Below the pieces are notes generated by a model that was not told the origin of the DNA, searched no databases, and saw nothing but the letters and a program-made list of their open reading frames with translations. DNA of 61,940 nucleotides, filler included. It is 3 parts of 3 records of this genome, joined end to end, with 100 filler letters (N's around TTAATTAATTAA, not from the genome) between each part and the next. Parts side by side here need not be neighbours in the genome. Positions count along the whole stretch, not along the records: positions 42,833 to 61,940 come from DRR378314_2562; 2 more parts are not named here. The stretch is one strand, 5' to 3'. The first letter of the stretch is position 1. Each line of letters begins with the position of its first letter. The translations under genes and the position numbers were made by a program. Of the stretch, positions 58,482 to 61,940 are shown piece by piece.

Positions 58482-59153
58482 TCAAAGTGCCTCTGCTTGG
58501 TTGGATCGCTCTCCAAGTACCGCGATAATACTTCCGCAGGCGTCTTCAATGTGGGTTTTAAGCAGCTGGCAGGCATTGTCGGTGTCGCGTTGGCGCGCTA
58601 GCTCCAGCAACTCATGGTGTTCCTTTTCAGCTTTTGTGATCTCTTGGGAGTAGACGAGCTGCATGCGGATATAGCGATCTGATTTAGTATTTAACTGATG
58701 AATGATAGCGAGCGTTTCTGGAAGCTCGGCTGGCGCATAAAGTGCCAAATGGAAGGCATAGTTGTACTCACTCCAATTGTCGACTTCGCCACCGCGATTT
58801 AGAGCGTCGTCATATTTGCGCAGTATATCCTCAGCTTTATCGAGGTCTGCTTCAGTGAGGTTATCAATGGCATGCTTAAGTACATAGGTCTCAAGCAGAA
58901 TCCGTAGCTCGAAAAGTTCTCGAATTTTGCTAACGGAAAGCTCGGTGGTAAAAGCGCCACGGTGAGCATAAAACTCCACTAGCCCTTCTGATTCGAGGGT
59001 TAGCAAGGCCTCCCTGACAGGGATACGGCTGACATCATAGTCGCTGGCTAGGGCGTCCTGACGAAGTTGAGTACCGCCCTTGAACTCACCGCCAAGGATA
59101 CGTTTGCGTAAGTCGTCGGCGACGAAGTGTGCTCGTGTTTTGAATGTCGCCAT
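58482..59153 (-). CDS. GntR-family regulator (FCD domain)
   Basis: LRQDALASDYDVSRIPVREAL, ELFELRILLE, FHLALY, EHHELL. Confidence 0.92.
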   Translation of the reverse strand: MATFKTRAHFVADDLRKRILGGEFKGGTQLRQDALASDYDVSRIPVREALLTLESEGLVEFYAHRGAFTTELSVSKIRELFELRILLETYVLKHAIDNLTEADLDKAEDILRKYDDALNRGGEVDNWSEYNYAFHLALYAPAELPETLAIIHQLNTKSDRYIRMQLVYSQEITKAEKEHHELLELARQRDTDNACQLLKTHIEDACGSIIAVLGERSNQAEAL

Positions 59154-59185
59154 GGTTCACGTCCATCCTGAAAGTTAATTTGCAC

Positions 59186-59196
59186 ATTTTATACAA
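59186..59196. promoter_or_regulatory. Putative GntR autoregulatory operator
   Basis: ATTTTATACAA, 32 nt upstream of the gntR start. Confidence 0.6.
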
Positions 59197-59214
59197 ACCT
59201 ATATAGATGTCCAT

Positions 59215-59275
59215 GGCTGGTAGTTGAATGGTTGATAGTTGAATGGTCGGTAGCTGAACCGTTGAACCGTTGATC
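59215..59275. repeat. Degenerate 15-bp tandem repeat plus 8-bp units
   Basis: GGCTGGTAGTTGAAT / GGTTGATAGTTGAAT / GGTCGGTAGCTGAAC / CGTTGAAC / CGTTGATC. Confidence 0.7.
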
Positions 59276-59341
59276 AGCTCGCATGGCTCAATGCATGATG
59301 CGCCGCTCTCCCCAGAGGAGAGCGGAGCAAACTCCTATTGA

Positions 59342-60919
59342 TCAGCCTTCACGTTCTCCATTAACCAGGCGCTTAAGTGACAGTGGGTTGCTATGCTGCA
59401 ATGCCTCTGGCAAAAGTGCATCCGGTAGATCTTGATAACAAATAGGACGTAAAAAGCGAACAATAGCTGCGGTACCTACAGATGTGGTGCGCGAGTCCGA
59501 CGTTGCTGGGAAAGGGCCACCATGGACCATGGCATCGCAAACTTCGACGCCTGTTGGCCAGCCATTGACGAGTAGCCGACCCGCTTTACGTTCCAAAATG
59601 GGCAGCAGGTTGCGAGCAACTTCCTGATCGGCATCCTCCAGTTGAAGAGTGGCGGTCAACTGGCCTTCAAGCGCCTCCGCAACGCGCTGAACCTCGTTCT
59701 GGTCTTGGCATTCCACTACCAGCGACAACGCGCCAAAAACTTCTTCCTGCAGTGTTTTCTCAGCCAGAAAATGAGCCGCAGAGGTTACATAAAGAGCCGT
59801 TTGGCATTGGTTTGGGCCAGCTCCTTTTTGACCGCAAGCTACTTCGTGGACTTTACCTGTCGAGGTAAGGGCTTGCACACCGTTGGTATAGGCTTGATGA
59901 ATGCCGGGCGTAAGCATGGTTTGAGCGCTGCTGCTCTCGACCGCTTGGCGTGCCGCTGCAATGAACGCGTCTAGCCCCTTAGACTTTACTGCAATGACTA
60001 ACCCAGGATTAGTACAAAACTGGCCAGCTCCCATATTCAACGAGCTAATGAATTCTGCCCCCATGCTGGCACCACGTGACTCCAGCGCCGCTGGTAGAGG
60101 GAATACTGGATTGATGGAGCTCATTTCAGCATAGAAAGGGATTGGCTCAGGGCGCGACTGCGCCGTTTTCCAAAGTGCCAAGCCACCGCTGCGGGAGCCA
60201 GTAAACCCGGCCGCTTTGATGTAAGGGTGCGCAACCAATGCCTGTCCAACCTCACGGCCAGAGCCGAAAATTAGCGAAAATACGCCTTCGGGAAGATCAC
60301 ACCGCTTGACGGCAGTTTGAATCGCACGTCCTACTAATTCGCTGGTTCCTGGATGTGCGGAGTGGGCCTTGACGACCACGGGACATCCCGCCGCTAACGC
60401 TGATGCGGTATCGCCGCCGGCGACGGAGAAAGCCAGTGGAAAATTGCTTGCACCAAAAACAGCGACTGGGCCAAGCGCGATATGGCGTTGACGCAAATCG
60501 GCGCGCGGCATGGGCTGACGATTAGGCATGGCCGGGTCAATTCGAACATCTAGCCATTCACCATTGCGTAGGGTTTTTGCAAATAGCCGTAGTTGGTTAC
60601 AAGTTCGTCCTTGCTCCCCTTGAATCCTGGCTTGAGGAAGGCCAGATTCGGCCACTGCTCGGTTAATCAGTGTTTCTCCGAGCGCTTCTATCTCATCTGC
60701 AATGGTTTCGAGAAACTGTGCCCGTGCTTCCAGTTGCGTTTCGCGGTAGCTGTCAAATGAGCGCCAAGCTAACTCGCAGGCCCTTTCTACCTCTGCCTGG
60801 GAGCCACCTAAATAAGCGGGTTCAAGACGTTCATTATTCGCTGGATTGATTGCGTAAATGGCGTCACGAGAGCCCTGTACAGCTTGTTGGCCAATCAGCA
60901 TTTTGCCTTGCAATGTCAT
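59342..60919 (-). CDS. Alpha-ketoglutaric semialdehyde dehydrogenase (NADP+ aldehyde dehydrogenase)
   Basis: [49 protein letters not shown]. Start at ATG 60919 (GGAG). Confidence 0.9.
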   Translation of the reverse strand: MTLQGKMLIGQQAVQGSRDAIYAINPANNERLEPAYLGGSQAEVERACELAWRSFDSYRETQLEARAQFLETIADEIEALGETLINRAVAESGLPQARIQGEQGRTCNQLRLFAKTLRNGEWLDVRIDPAMPNRQPMPRADLRQRHIALGPVAVFGASNFPLAFSVAGGDTASALAAGCPVVVKAHSAHPGTSELVGRAIQTAVKRCDLPEGVFSLIFGSGREVGQALVAHPYIKAAGFTGSRSGGLALWKTAQSRPEPIPFYAEMSSINPVFPLPAALESRGASMGAEFISSLNMGAGQFCTNPGLVIAVKSKGLDAFIAAARQAVESSSAQTMLTPGIHQAYTNGVQALTSTGKVHEVACGQKGAGPNQCQTALYVTSAAHFLAEKTLQEEVFGALSLVVECQDQNEVQRVAEALEGQLTATLQLEDADQEVARNLLPILERKAGRLLVNGWPTGVEVCDAMVHGGPFPATSDSRTTSVGTAAIVRFLRPICYQDLPDALLPEALQHSNPLSLKRLVNGEREG

Positions 60920-60969
60920 GCTCGTCTCCGTCGTTAGAATAACGCGAATGGTCGGTAAGAAAAGAGCCG

Positions 60970-61940
60970 TCATAATCGCGCTAGGCGTGACAACTCCTGA
61001 TATAGAGATTCTGGAATTGAAATACCTTCTTTTTGAGTGCGTTGCCGTGCCGTATATCGTCGTTGCGAAGGTAAGCGAGCGCCCTGGGCTATGATCGACG
61101 AGAACAGATCTTCAGCACGGGCCATATAATCCCCGAGCGTACTCCCCAAAAAGCGTTCAGGATCCATAGCGAGTATGAGTTCGCCGTGATAGGGGGAAGC
61201 ACCGGCACCATCATCGTATGCCAGCGATTCAGCGCTGGTTAAGTCACCGATGAGAGGGCCAGCAATAAGCTCAATCATGATCGATAAGGCAGAGCCTTTA
61301 TGGCCGCCAAAGGTAAGGAGTGCGCCGTCTAATACGTCAGCAGGATTTTGGCTATGCTGCCCTAAACGGTCGATACCCCAGCCCTCGGGAATGGGCTTAT
61401 TTTCGCGGTGATGGAGCTCGATATCACCGCGAGCAATGGCACTGGTAGCAAAGTCGAAGATAAATGGTGGCTGACCATTAGGGCGCGGCCAGCCAAAGGC
61501 CAACGGGTTTGTACCCAGTAATGGGCGATTGCCCCCAGCGGGGGCCACCCAGGCATGGCTGGGATTACAGGCCAGCGCTACCAGCCCCTGGTCTGTGATA
61601 GCTTCAATCTCAACCCATAAGGCTGAAAAATGTACGCAGTGATTAATGGCAAGCGCAGCAATTCCTTGCTCACGCGCTTTTGCCGTTAAAATGGGTAAGC
61701 CAGCCTCGAAGGCAAGTTGCGAAAAGCCTCCTTTGGCATCAACCCGTACGATGCCTGGGGCGTGATCGTGCACTTCTGGCTGAGCATTGGCGACCACTTT
61801 CCCTGCTGCTAGCGTTTTAACGCAGTTGAGTAAACGGTACAGGCCGTGTGAATGGCACTCGTCGCGTTGCCCCGCTATCACTGCTTGAGATAGGGCGTGT
61901 GTCTGTTCTTGATTGAAGCCCTGGGCGTTGAGCACTGCTT
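60970..61940 (-). CDS. Ldh_2-family reductase (DpkA/LhpD-like, delta1-pyrroline-2-carboxylate reductase), 5'-truncated
   Basis: [48 protein letters not shown]. Confidence 0.87.
   Translation of the reverse strand, partial: AVLNAQGFNQEQTHALSQAVIAGQRDECHSHGLYRLLNCVKTLAAGKVVANAQPEVHDHAPGIVRVDAKGGFSQLAFEAGLPILTAKAREQGIAALAINHCVHFSALWVEIEAITDQGLVALACNPSHAWVAPAGGNRPLLGTNPLAFGWPRPNGQPPFIFDFATSAIARGDIELHHRENKPIPEGWGIDRLGQHSQNPADVLDGALLTFGGHKGSALSIMIELIAGPLIGDLTSAESLAYDDGAGASPYHGELILAMDPERFLGSTLGDYMARAEDLFSSIIAQGARLPSQRRYTARQRTQKEGISIPESLYQELSRLARL

Noticed and set aside
59215..59275. Possible CRISPR or mini-array
   Set aside because: Units are short, contiguous and degenerate, with no spacers and no cas genes. 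No CRISPR array was seen anywhere in the window.

Overview
This window is not one locus. It is three contigs joined by two artificial 100-bp linkers (44 N + TTAATTAATTAA + 44 N, at 19588-19687 and 42733-42832). Contig 1 (1-19587) and contig 3 (42833-61940) look like a Halomonas-type gammaproteobacterium. Contig 2 (19688-42732) is GC-richer and alphaproteobacterial (Hyphomonadaceae/Caulobacterales-like; it carries divL). Contig 1 holds ordinary stress and metabolic genes: an L,D-transpeptidase, osmC, a GntR-regulated TRAP/gluconokinase operon, ohrR-ohr, yghU, an lpxR-like gene and C4 acyl-CoA genes. Contig 2 holds divL, aguA-aguB, an Oar-type TonB receptor, an ArnT-type glycosyltransferase, msrA, alpha-2-macroglobulin-pbpC, a CarF/FAD4-like desaturase, bioB, and the start of leuA with a Leu-rich leader peptide and RNA switch. 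Contig 3 starts at a tRNA 3' end followed by a decayed island: integrase, IS481 and XRE remnants, a leaderless acuR-acuI with two operators, AhpD-TetR, a frameshifted PACE pump and an orphan attC gene cassette. It then has a Fur-boxed siderophore receptor, a tandem Crp/Fnr pair plus a diguanylate cyclase wired by three class-II-positioned palindromes, a NylB-like hydrolase and part of a hydroxyproline catabolic cluster. All family calls come from recognising motifs by eye; no searches were run.
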